64,000 nt of DNA. It comes from a virus. Lineage: Duplodnaviria; Caudoviricetes. The position numbers and the translations under genes are program-made. Each line of letters opens with the position of its first letter. Positions within the stretch are counted from its first letter, which is position 1. The stretch is taken from positions 8,394 to 72,393 of IMG/VR virus record IMGVR_UViG_3300033067_001199; one strand, written 5' to 3'. Below the pieces are notes generated by a model, which was not told the DNA's origin, made no database searches, and saw only the letters and a list, made by a program, of their open reading frames with translations. This document shows positions 38,753 to 47,660 of the stretch, in pieces.

Positions 38753-40330
38753 ATGACAAGACAGGACTTGACAAGACAGGAATTTGAGCTTACCCCAGAG
38801 GAAGCTACAAGAGCAAAATCATTAACAGGAGCAGACATTCCCCCATTCTGGAAAGAAATCGGAGAGAAGTATGGATTTGACCCGAAAAGCGTACGGTTTG
38901 TGCCAGGTAAACAAAACTCATTTACGGCAGAGTCGCTTCTTAGCGCTGCGGTGGAGGTTGTTGCCGAAACCTACGTTGTTGAAACCTACGACTACAATTC
39001 TTTCAGCAAGGAGTATGCGCTAGTTGTAACCGGTGACAAGGAGGGGCAGTTATCGGCCAGAATTGAACAATGGAAAGAGCAGTTTGGCGGATTGGTTATT
39101 AAGGGAGAGAATGATAAGGCCGGGTATCTTGCGGTAACTCAAGCCATCTCACAACTGCGAACTACAAGGAACCTTGTGGAGCAGAAGAGAAAGGAATTGA
39201 AGACTAAGCCGCTTGAATTGGGTAAACTGATTGACAAGACCGCTAAAGATATTATTGATGCCTTAACCCCTCTGGAAGACCAACTGAAAGCAGAGAAAGA
39301 GCGTATTGACGCGATTAAGGAAGAGCAGAAAGCAAAGAAGCAGTTGGAGATTGAGAAGAAGTATAACGAGCGCGTATCTGTTATGACGGCTAATGGAATG
39401 GCTTTTACAGGAATGGGCTACAAACTGAACGACCTTATTCTGGGGACGTTGGAGATAAAGTCAATGACAGACGCTCAATGGGATACGTTTGTGCCGAAAC
39501 TAGAGGCTGAATGGGCTGAAACGAGAACCAGACAACTGAAAGAGCAGGCAGAAAAGGAAAGGTTGGAGAAAGAGGCAGAGATTGAAAAGAACAAGACCGC
39601 CAGGGAGGGTATTTTAAGGGCGCTGGGATTCTACGAGCATGAAGGTTGCTTTACCAGAACTGCGCTCTCTTCCTCCGGAAAGACCTTTACGGTATCGCCA
39701 GAGCAGTTGTTGGCAGAGGAGGCGGAGTGGGTTTCTATCTTACAGCCTGCGTATGACGATTTAAGAAAATCATCGGAGGAAGCGGATGCCAGAAGAAAGG
39801 AGTTGGAGGCACAGAAAGAACAGCAGGAGCAGGAAGAGAAAAGGCAACAGGCGGAAAAGGAGCATTTGTTGGCTCAAAGAAAGCAGTCGAGAATTGCCAC
39901 ACTAAATATGTTGGGCTACATCTACAACTATACCTCTTTCGATAGAAACCTGCGATTCAATCAGCACAAACTAACCGGTAATGTAATTGACCTTGATGAT
40001 GAGAATTGGAAAATTGAAATAGAGGCCTTGACTAAACGTTGTCTTCAGATGGATGAAGAGGAAAAGGGCGCTATTGCTGCGGAGGAGTCAAATAAGAAAG
40101 CTCAAGAGTTGTTGCGCCAACAGGCCGAGGCGGAGCGTTTGAAAAAAGAAGAGGAGAGAAAGGAGTCATTGAAGAGTGACGTTCAAAAGCTATTGGAGTT
40201 TGCTGATAAGGTTGAACATTTGAATTATCCTGTTCTTCTGGATGAAAAGTCAAATGCGGTAATAGCAAGCGCGTTAGGCAAGTTGGCGGAGGTTGCTGAT
40301 GATATTCGTAAGTCGGCAAACTCTCTTTAA
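38753..40330 (+). CDS. Long coiled-coil protein (DUF1351-like)
   Basis: QLRTTRNLVEQKRKELK..LGKLID..AKDI..L..LE..LK..K; E/K/Q-rich. Confidence 0.6.
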   Translation: MTRQDLTRQEFELTPEEATRAKSLTGADIPPFWKEIGEKYGFDPKSVRFVPGKQNSFTAESLLSAAVEVVAETYVVETYDYNSFSKEYALVVTGDKEGQLSARIEQWKEQFGGLVIKGENDKAGYLAVTQAISQLRTTRNLVEQKRKELKTKPLELGKLIDKTAKDIIDALTPLEDQLKAEKERIDAIKEEQKAKKQLEIEKKYNERVSVMTANGMAFTGMGYKLNDLILGTLEIKSMTDAQWDTFVPKLEAEWAETRTRQLKEQAEKERLEKEAEIEKNKTAREGILRALGFYEHEGCFTRTALSSSGKTFTVSPEQLLAEEAEWVSILQPAYDDLRKSSEEADARRKELEAQKEQQEQEEKRQQAEKEHLLAQRKQSRIATLNMLGYIYNYTSFDRNLRFNQHKLTGNVIDLDDENWKIEIEALTKRCLQMDEEEKGAIAAEESNKKAQELLRQQAEAERLKKEEERKESLKSDVQKLLEFADKVEHLNYPVLLDEKSNAVIASALGKLAEVADDIRKSANSL

Positions 40331-40428
40331 GTTCGTTCTTTATACTTCCTGTTAGGTTACAGAGATGTCAAAACTGTAAAATTGCACCAATAGGAAGGAG
40401 CGCCTGTTTGATATGGGCAGGCGCAAAT

Positions 40429-40500
40429 GGCTTTGTAGTTCAATGGACAGAACGAGGGTTTCCTAAACTCTAAATAGCAGTTCGATTCTGCTCAAAGCCA
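40429..40500 (+). tRNA. tRNA-Arg(CCU)
   Basis: GGCTTTG TA GTTC AATGGACA GAAC G AGGGT TTCCTAA ACTCT AAAT AGCAG TTCGATT CTGCT CAAAGCC A; canonical cloverleaf, A20 identity base; CCA not encoded. Confidence 0.9.
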
Positions 40501-40513
40501 CTAAATTAGATAT

Positions 40514-40711
40514 ATGGTAAAATGCGTAAACTGTGGAGCGTCAATGTATGATAAGCCACTTCAAAGAACTAACCCAACAGGGCAAAGTGATGCCGGTTGG
40601 ATGTGTCAAGATTGTATAAAAGCGATAGAGCCAGAGCTTTATCAAAACTTGAAAGACGATGGCGATTTAAAAATAGCCAACGATATTTTTAATGCTGTTA
40701 ATGGAAAATGA
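40514..40711 (+). CDS. Zn-finger-like small protein (65 aa)
   Basis: CVNC...CQDC. Confidence 0.6.
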   Translation: MVKCVNCGASMYDKPLQRTNPTGQSDAGWMCQDCIKAIEPELYQNLKDDGDLKIANDIFNAVNGK

Positions 40712-41316
40712 TTAACTACTGCGACAAGTGCGCCAAAGTGCGAGGCATGGATGTTTTTACAATGCAAAAAAAGGCAAACTGCGATTTGTGCGGAGGATTC
40801 TTTATGTGTAACACAGACAAGACATCTTCCCTCAATTCACCGGCTGATGCTTTTTCCGAAAATGGATACTTTAATTCCAAAGACCTGTCACAACTGCTGG
40901 CCCTGATTAAGAACAGGCAAAGCGTGTTGACTCCGAGGATTAAGCAACTGCAAACTGAATTATCTGGAAACTATGCTTTGGCTGTAATTGCTGATGATAT
41001 AGATGAGATTAAGGAACTTGTTGCCGCTGGACTAACTAAGAGGTCACTAGCCGGATTGCAGGGCGTAATAAAGAAGATATCGGGCATTTTAGCCAGGTGG
41101 AACTTTTCGGCACAAAGAGAAACCAAGTCAACTATCCTTCAGAACTTGATGGCCGAGAAGTCCGGGTTAGCTGAAAAGGAAAAGGAGTTGAGTATCCTTT
41201 ATAAAAATGCGCTGGACCAAATACTGATTAACCAACTGCGTTTCAGGGTAGGTCGGGAGGCTTTTGAAAAGTGCTATGAGGAGGCGAAGGGTATCTATTC
41301 AAAAACTAACAAGTAA
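40708..41316 (+). CDS. Hypothetical protein with N-terminal Cys cluster (202 aa)
   Basis: CDKC...CDLC...C. Confidence 0.55.
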   Translation: MINYCDKCAKVRGMDVFTMQKKANCDLCGGFFMCNTDKTSSLNSPADAFSENGYFNSKDLSQLLALIKNRQSVLTPRIKQLQTELSGNYALAVIADDIDEIKELVAAGLTKRSLAGLQGVIKKISGILARWNFSAQRETKSTILQNLMAEKSGLAEKEKELSILYKNALDQILINQLRFRVGREAFEKCYEEAKGIYSKTNK

Positions 41317-41495
41317 TCCAAAGGATACACACAATGAAAGTAAAGTTTGAAAGCAGAGCGATTTGAGTAGTTAATGAAAACTAATAACGTTTTCGGGCTT
41401 GGCGAAGTGGCTGAACCTTAACTTAACCGAGATGTGTCAGGCGGCTATTGCAAAACCGCTGTTAGCCGCTGGCCTTTCTCACAACACAAATAAAA

Positions 41496-41744
41496 ATGTC
41501 AAAGAAAAAACAAACAACAGACCCAAAAGAAAAAGCAAAGCTGATGATTGAAGAAATTATCAAACTTGAAAGTAGGCTCACCTATATAGCCGTTCGAGAG
41601 GCTAAAGCTATTGCACGCCAAAGAATAAATGATGTAGTTGCAACTCTTGACGAACTAATTCAAATGCAAGATAGTGTTGGTCATGCTGTCGGAATGAAAC
41701 ACTGGTGGTTACAAGTTGATGAAATGATTGATGTAGTCGCTTAG
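41496..41744 (+). CDS. Cassette-borne hypothetical protein (82 aa)
   Basis: ORF track; between arms 41461 and 41749. Confidence 0.6.
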   Translation: MSKKKQTTDPKEKAKLMIEEIIKLESRLTYIAVREAKAIARQRINDVVATLDELIQMQDSVGHAVGMKHWWLQVDEMIDVVA

Positions 41745-41857
41745 GCTTGCGGCGTATCGGGTATTGGCGATGCCCGCAACTTATAAACTTTGAATTATAA
41801 ACAAGCTGTCAGGCGGGTATTGCCAATACCTTGTTAGCAGCAGTAACGGTAAATTAT

Positions 41858-42145
41858 ATGGCACTTGATTTAGAAAAAATTAGCAAAAAGTTAGACGAGG
41901 CTTTGGCAAATATGACACAGGAAGAAATTGACAAATATTTTCCTCCTGATACTCGTCCAAAAGGGTGGTTAAGTATTGAAGAATATTTACCAATGATGTA
42001 TGCAATTGACATTATGCAAGGATATACACTTTACAAGGTTAAAGATAAAGACGGCAAAGAATTTGAAAGTGCTGTGTCCGACCATAATGTTTGGTATTAT
42101 ATGGCAAAAGAAGCCGGTATTACTCACTGGTGGAACGTGGAGTAG
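41858..42145 (+). CDS. Cassette-borne hypothetical protein (95 aa)
   Basis: ORF track (ATG 41858); between arms 41833 and 42148. Confidence 0.6.
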   Translation: MALDLEKISKKLDEALANMTQEEIDKYFPPDTRPKGWLSIEEYLPMMYAIDIMQGYTLYKVKDKDGKEFESAVSDHNVWYYMAKEAGITHWWNVE

Positions 42146-42169
42146 TTATTGCTGATAACAAATACTAAA

Positions 42170-42676
42170 ATGAAAATCAATAGAATTTGGGCAATGCCCT
42201 CACATCACACTTTTAAAATTAAACCAATCGCAGAATTGGTAAGTAGATACGTTGGGGATGGCATTGGATGGATAGACCCTTTTGCAGGCGAAAACAGCCC
42301 TGCTGAATTTACAAATGATATGAACCCCGAAAAGCCCGCTAAATTTCACTTACACGCTAAAGACTTTGCAGCGCAATTAGACGGCACTTACAAAGGGGTA
42401 TTATTCGACCCGCCATACTCACTAAGGCAGGTTAAAGAGTGTTACGAAAGCATAGGGGTGAAGCTGTTTCAAGAAGATACACAACGTTTCCCGCAAAATG
42501 TAAAGGAACATATTAGCCCTAAAATAGTTACCGGTGGGTATGCTATAACCTTTGGCTGGAATAGCCAAGGTTTTGGTAAAAAGCAAGGTTTTGAATTGAT
42601 TGAGGTGTTATTAGTGCCACATGGGCGGGGGCATAATGACACCATTGTAACAGTAGAAATAAAAGTAGAATGTTAA
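42170..42676 (+). CDS. Small adenine-MTase-like protein
   Basis: WIDPFAG (motif I), VLFDPPYS (motif IV). Confidence 0.75.
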   Translation: MKINRIWAMPSHHTFKIKPIAELVSRYVGDGIGWIDPFAGENSPAEFTNDMNPEKPAKFHLHAKDFAAQLDGTYKGVLFDPPYSLRQVKECYESIGVKLFQEDTQRFPQNVKEHISPKIVTGGYAITFGWNSQGFGKKQGFELIEVLLVPHGRGHNDTIVTVEIKVEC

Positions 42677-42716
42677 CCCAACCGCTTAGGTTACTAAACT
42701 TTAAAATTAAAAACAA

Positions 42717-43034
42717 ATGTCAAATAGAATTACTGAACAGCCATTTTGCCAAACCCGTGTTAGTGGCAGTAGATTATCAGGAAAAACCAATGCTATGATT
42801 TTATCAATGATACCTGAACTTAAAGCAGGTCATAAAATTGGTGTTGCAGGTTGTAAAGACCCGAAATATATTACTGAACGCTTAAAAGCATACGGAATTG
42901 AAGTGCAAAGTGAACCAATGATTGCAACACAACCGATGAAAGCCATTCATAACTTGAATAGCATTGAGGGCGAAATAATAGGATTTGAGAATGGCGAGAA
43001 AGTTCAGACAGGGTTTCTGTTCTATTGCCACTAA
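42717..43034 (+). CDS. Cassette-borne hypothetical protein (105 aa)
   Basis: N-terminus QPFCQTRVSGS is encoded by an arm; stop TAA lies inside CACTAAC. Confidence 0.6.
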   Translation: MSNRITEQPFCQTRVSGSRLSGKTNAMILSMIPELKAGHKIGVAGCKDPKYITERLKAYGIEVQSEPMIATQPMKAIHNLNSIEGEIIGFENGEKVQTGFLFYCH

Positions 43035-43072
43035 CGTAATACATCACGAAACTTCCATGAAAATCAATCAAT

Positions 43073-43723
43073 ATGGCAACAATAAAGATTTATACAGACG
43101 GCTCATGCCTGTTGAATCCTGGCGGTCCGGGCGGATGGGCTTTTGTTGTGGCAGACCACACCGATATAACTATAACCGACTCTACTTCGTTTTTCTGCGG
43201 TGGCAACAAGGAAACCACGAACAACGCAATGGAGTTGACAGCCATTCTCGAAGCTCTTAGGTGGGCGGAGGATAACAACCGGAGTAGCTTCATAATTCAT
43301 TCCGACTCCAAATACTCGATGAATGTATGCAATAATTGGATGCACATTTGGGCGCGTAACTCTTGGAAGAACAGAGAGGGTCAGAAAATAGCCAATGATG
43401 GTATAGTAAAGAGCATTTACAACCTATCTACAAAAGTTGCTTTTAAGGTTGAGTGGGTAGCTGGGCACAGCGGCAACGTATTCAATGAGTTTGCCGACTC
43501 TCTGGCTAGTAAGATGGCATTCCGGATACAGGGCAAAGAGTATGCAAAGTATTCTGACACCGGCCCTGGTGACAGGGTGATGGTTGGCTCCTCCCCATTT
43601 CGGATTATTGCCAAATTTATTTCAACTAACATTGTCGTACTGCAGCCGATATTCGATAAGAGGCTAAAGACCATGATTCTTGAGGCTGATGAGTTTGACA
43701 ACAGAGAATACATAAAAATATAA
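43073..43723 (+). CDS. rnhA: Ribonuclease HI
   Basis: IYTDGSC..NPGGPGGW, TTNNAMELTA, HSDSKY, WVAGHSG..NEFAD. Confidence 0.92.
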   Translation: MATIKIYTDGSCLLNPGGPGGWAFVVADHTDITITDSTSFFCGGNKETTNNAMELTAILEALRWAEDNNRSSFIIHSDSKYSMNVCNNWMHIWARNSWKNREGQKIANDGIVKSIYNLSTKVAFKVEWVAGHSGNVFNEFADSLASKMAFRIQGKEYAKYSDTGPGDRVMVGSSPFRIIAKFISTNIVVLQPIFDKRLKTMILEADEFDNREYIKI

Positions 43724-43727
43724 CACT

Positions 43728-43853
43728 ATGGTACACGAATTAAAGACTTGGCCCCCATACTTTAAGGCAGTAAAAGACGGCACTAAAACATTTGAAGTTA
43801 GGAAACTCCATGAGCGTTCCTGTTATAAGAAAGATTTTATCAAACGTCATTAA
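43728..43853 (+). pseudogene. Truncated DUF3850/ASCH-like gene (41 aa)
   Basis: MVHELKTWPPYFKAVKDGTKTFEVRK then diverges and stops. Confidence 0.55.
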
Positions 43854-43865
43854 ATCAATTACTCC

Positions 43866-44456
43866 ATGAAATTCATTATCGCCATCGACCCAGGCAACAA
43901 GACAGGGATAACCTATGGTTACTCCAATGCAAAACCAATAACCGAACTGCATGACTTTACCCCGAAGCCGGCAACAAAGGGAAGTAAGAAAACACCAGGC
44001 AGAAAGGCCGAGGAGAAGCACATTCGTTATGGAAAACTGTTTCTCTTAATCCAAAAGATAATTCGGCAAGAAACTAACCCAACAACAGAAGTTGTAGTTG
44101 TCTGCGAGGGCGCTGCTGGGTTCACTAAGGGCAAGTCTGCTGTTGAGGTAAGTAATAAGTACCGCGGAGTAGTTGAGGCCTTTGCTGCCATCCATAACTA
44201 CACCTACATCGGAATACAACCAAATGACCTTCAGCGCTGGGCTACCAATAAGGGCAGAGCAGAGAAAACCGAGATGATGAAAGTTGCTTTTGAAAAGTAT
44301 GGATACAAGGGAACAGATGATAACGAGGCGGATAGTGTGCTGTTGTGGCATTTTGGCGCAAGTTCATTTGTAACCGGAAAGCCTATTTTCCTAGATGATT
44401 GGGATTGGGATTGGCACATTAAGCATCTAGCAGAACTAAACAAAGACACCAATTAA
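43866..44456 (+). CDS. RuvC-like Holliday junction resolvase
   Basis: IIAIDPGNKTG, VVCEG, DDNEADSV. Confidence 0.8.
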   Translation: MKFIIAIDPGNKTGITYGYSNAKPITELHDFTPKPATKGSKKTPGRKAEEKHIRYGKLFLLIQKIIRQETNPTTEVVVVCEGAAGFTKGKSAVEVSNKYRGVVEAFAAIHNYTYIGIQPNDLQRWATNKGRAEKTEMMKVAFEKYGYKGTDDNEADSVLLWHFGASSFVTGKPIFLDDWDWDWHIKHLAELNKDTN

Positions 44457-44466
44457 AACCAACTAT

Positions 44467-44919
44467 ATGTTCAGAGTGCCAGAAAAATTCAGAGTCCGTA
44501 AGGGCAAATTAGCTTCCGATGCCTCTTATGGCAATAACGGAGCATTCATGGTTAAGGCTGTTCAGCCTATTCCTAACGGAGAGCCGATTGGCTACTTCCT
44601 CCTTTGCATTGTTTCAGACGGAGGGCTGCCAGGCGCTAAACCTTGGGAGCACGTATCTGTAACGGTTGTTCACCCGACTATGCAGAGAACTCCCTCTTGG
44701 GAGGAGATGTGTGCAATTAAGGATTTGTTCTGGGAGAAACAGGACTGCGTAGTGCAATACCACCCACCTTCCGACAAGTACGTGAACCAGCACCCTCTTT
44801 GTCTTCACCTTTGGAGAAAGCCCGGATTCGATATGCCTGTTCCGGAGCCTGATTTAGTTGGTTCTGAAAAGAAAAGTCTGATAGTTGAATTGTCTAACAA
44901 AATAATTGGCAAGCTATGA
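44467..44919 (+). CDS. Conserved phage hypothetical protein (150 aa)
   Basis: WEHVSV...PSWEEMCAIKDLFW...QYHPP...HPLCLHLW. Confidence 0.65.
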   Translation: MFRVPEKFRVRKGKLASDASYGNNGAFMVKAVQPIPNGEPIGYFLLCIVSDGGLPGAKPWEHVSVTVVHPTMQRTPSWEEMCAIKDLFWEKQDCVVQYHPPSDKYVNQHPLCLHLWRKPGFDMPVPEPDLVGSEKKSLIVELSNKIIGKL

Positions 44920-45167
44920 AAACCAAAGACGAGGGACCATTCCCCCCAAACTCCGTAAACATGAGATACGATAAGGTAGGAATTGTTGTTGGTGTGCCGT
45001 TGTGCTATCTATACCGATGTACCTGCTGCGGATTCAATTACCCAGAAAGCGCATTTCTGAATACTCCGCATGGCGATTACTGCGGTTCATGTGTAAACGC
45101 AGGACTTCATACCGTTGAAGCGCCAGACGAGATTGTAAAACTCAAAAGATACGTTATTTATGAATAA
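44916..45167 (+). CDS. Zn-finger-like small protein (83 aa)
   Basis: CTCC...CGSC. Confidence 0.5.
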   Translation: MKTKDEGPFPPNSVNMRYDKVGIVVGVPLCYLYRCTCCGFNYPESAFLNTPHGDYCGSCVNAGLHTVEAPDEIVKLKRYVIYE

Positions 45168-46965
45168 GGCATTTGTAATCATTTCAACCGGTCACGCCTC
45201 CTACGGAGAAATGGCGCTAAACCTTTGCTTGTCACTAAAGTCAAACTCTTCTGCGGAGGTAATCTTGATTCATGACTCCTCATCCGTTTCAACGATAGTT
45301 AGCCGGCTTGATAGGTTTGACATGACCTATCTATCTACACTTACATTTGCCAACCCATCTACAACAGCATTTTATCTGAAGCTAACTTCCTACGAGATTG
45401 TGAACTACCGGTTAGGACTTCTGGCAAAGGATTATGAATTTATCCTGTTAGATGCTGACACGATGATAGTTCCAGGTAAAAAGATTGACGATTGGTTTAT
45501 GAATTGGCTACCTTTTGTTGCCTACTACAACGATTCGTTTGACTTTAGGACGAATGAGTTTAAAACAAAGAACTATCATTTCTGGTGTAATCCACTCGAG
45601 GTAAAGGAACATTTCAAAATTTCCGATACAGCAGTAATGCCGCAGATCAACGCGAGCTTCATTTATTTCAGAACTGACCAGACCTGCCATCAGATATTCC
45701 ATCTGGCTAAAGAAGTTTGGACGGACGACAACTTTCCTTATGTAAAGTACAGGGGAAGCAAGACGGAGGAGTTGTGCTTTAATATTGCTATGGCAAAACT
45801 AGAGTATGCTCCGCACCAAGTCCCTTTCCGTCCCCTATTCGTTCCGATGTATTCCGAGCAGCAGGATACAACCTACATTCAGCACCGGTTCAATGCGTTT
45901 ACCCTAGCCGGCCATCGACACTCTCAAGAGTTAGTTGACCTGTATAACCGGTTGTCTGATTATTACAGGCGGCAGTTTGGTATTCAGCACAAGTTCCATA
46001 TCGGGAAATCATTCAAGGATGATATCTCATTAAAGCCGCGTCCATCAGGGCCATTGAAATCTAAAAAGATAGTGTTGACTACTAGGGGCGCATTTGGCCC
46101 CATTTCAAACGGTGGCTGCATTAACCCTGGGGCTTTCAAGAAAGGAGGCAATTACTCTATGCTTATTCGCTCTGATACTAATTTCGAGGGCTACAAAGGT
46201 AAAAAGGATGAAGCGTATTGCGTTCCTGTCGAAGTAGAGTTTGATTACGACTTTAACTTTGTATCGGCCAGAGCGATAACACTAAACGCAAACTATCTGG
46301 TTGAGGACTTTCGGCTGATGGAAGATGGAGAGAAAGGTTGTTGCTCTGCTTTCATCAACGGACATTGGAATCAAGTTACGATGGAGAGGTTTGATGTTCA
46401 GAACAGTTCCTTTAGGCTGGTTCAATGCAATCCACCTAGCGGTAAAGATGGGGTAGATGAAAAGAATTGGGCTTGGTTTGAAACCTACGGCACCGATAAT
46501 TTTGGATTTGGCGCTACGCAGTACTATATCTACTCAATAGAGCCGTTCATAATTTACTCTCACCGGTCTTTCATACATAAGAAAGTAGTTTCCCTTGGTA
46601 CGAATTTCGGATGGAACGATGAGGGGCGGATATCCTGCTCTACGTTTCCTGTTAGATACTCCGAAACCGAAATGCTGGTTTGGGTTCACAAGAAACAGGC
46701 AGACCTAACCTATCTGAACAGCGCAATGATATTTGATATCAATACATTCAAGCCTACGTTCTTCTACCCTGGTCACATTCTGGACAGCGAAAACATTGAG
46801 CACCCGATGTATGTAAGCTCCTGTATTGTGGAGGAAGATAGAATACTTCTCTTTTCTGGGGAGAAAGGTGGACCGATAGGTAACGCAGCTACCGAATACA
46901 GTTCAGTTAGAATAGTAGACCGTAAAGATTTTGATTCACTTATAAAACAATATCCATGCAACTAG
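45160..46965 (+). CDS. GT-A glycosyltransferase (GT8-like) fused to a GH130/DUF377-like beta-propeller (601 aa)
   Basis: YGEMALNLCLSL, ILLDADT (DxD), QINASF; C-terminal INPG, EDFRL, EKNWAWF, YSIEPF. Confidence 0.65.
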   Translation: MNKAFVIISTGHASYGEMALNLCLSLKSNSSAEVILIHDSSSVSTIVSRLDRFDMTYLSTLTFANPSTTAFYLKLTSYEIVNYRLGLLAKDYEFILLDADTMIVPGKKIDDWFMNWLPFVAYYNDSFDFRTNEFKTKNYHFWCNPLEVKEHFKISDTAVMPQINASFIYFRTDQTCHQIFHLAKEVWTDDNFPYVKYRGSKTEELCFNIAMAKLEYAPHQVPFRPLFVPMYSEQQDTTYIQHRFNAFTLAGHRHSQELVDLYNRLSDYYRRQFGIQHKFHIGKSFKDDISLKPRPSGPLKSKKIVLTTRGAFGPISNGGCINPGAFKKGGNYSMLIRSDTNFEGYKGKKDEAYCVPVEVEFDYDFNFVSARAITLNANYLVEDFRLMEDGEKGCCSAFINGHWNQVTMERFDVQNSSFRLVQCNPPSGKDGVDEKNWAWFETYGTDNFGFGATQYYIYSIEPFIIYSHRSFIHKKVVSLGTNFGWNDEGRISCSTFPVRYSETEMLVWVHKKQADLTYLNSAMIFDINTFKPTFFYPGHILDSENIEHPMYVSSCIVEEDRILLFSGEKGGPIGNAATEYSSVRIVDRKDFDSLIKQYPCN

Positions 46966-47660
46966 AAAGCCTACTAAACCAAATTGACGATTCTAATTAC
47001 GGACGTATTCATCGGCAGAGATTTGTCGAAAGCTACAATTTCATATATGAATATCTGGTTAAACAACAAAACAACCCTGGTAGAATTGTCAGAATACTAG
47101 ACCTTGGCAGCTATGGAACATTTGCCGATTTAGTAAAAGCACTTAATCCGGAAATTGATGTTCAAAAGTCCGAATACTTTGACCTCCGATACAAGTTCCC
47201 TATTGAAGACAATACCTACGATATGGTTTGCTTCATGGAGGTTCTGGAACATATCAAAGACCAAGACTCAACAGACCCAGACGCAATAGCTGAATACAGC
47301 CAGAACGGTATCAAGAATGTAATGAGCGAAATCAATAGAATACTGAAGCCGGGTGGATATCTGTTTCTTACAACACCAAACATCAATTCATGGACGGCCA
47401 TTCACCGGTCACTTAACTTTTATTCTCCTACTTTCTACATTCCGCACGTAAAGGAGTTTTCTATACAGGAGATTCATGCTCTGCATAAAGAATTTGGGTT
47501 CAATATTACTAAACTGCAAACCCCAGAGAATTGCCATGGACTCCAATCGGTTCAAATGCAAAGGCCTCGACTGACTAAACTCATTCAAGCCTGTATCGAT
47601 GCCGGCTATTCTCCCGACCTAAGAGGGGACTGTATTTTTTCACTTGCTACTAAACAATAA
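46956..47660 (+). CDS. Class I SAM-dependent methyltransferase (non-DNA type)
   Basis: ILDLGSYG, YDMVCFMEVLEH, RILKPGGYLFLTTPN. Confidence 0.85.
   Translation: MQLESLLNQIDDSNYGRIHRQRFVESYNFIYEYLVKQQNNPGRIVRILDLGSYGTFADLVKALNPEIDVQKSEYFDLRYKFPIEDNTYDMVCFMEVLEHIKDQDSTDPDAIAEYSQNGIKNVMSEINRILKPGGYLFLTTPNINSWTAIHRSLNFYSPTFYIPHVKEFSIQEIHALHKEFGFNITKLQTPENCHGLQSVQMQRPRLTKLIQACIDAGYSPDLRGDCIFSLATKQ

Larger units (their letters stand above)
41381..43035 (+). mobile_element. Array of integron-cassette-like units with attC-like arms
   Basis: GTT-start/AAC-end arm pairs at 41461/41749-53, 41833/42148-59 and 42759/43023-35; inner inverted repeats 41760-77 with 41813-30 (16/18) and 41394-413 with 42738-57 (17/20). 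Confidence 0.6.

Noticed and set aside
33181-43035. CRISPR array interpretation of the dispersed repeats
   Set aside because: The repeats are divergent, inverted and separated by whole genes, not by 30-40-bp spacers; no cas genes are present.
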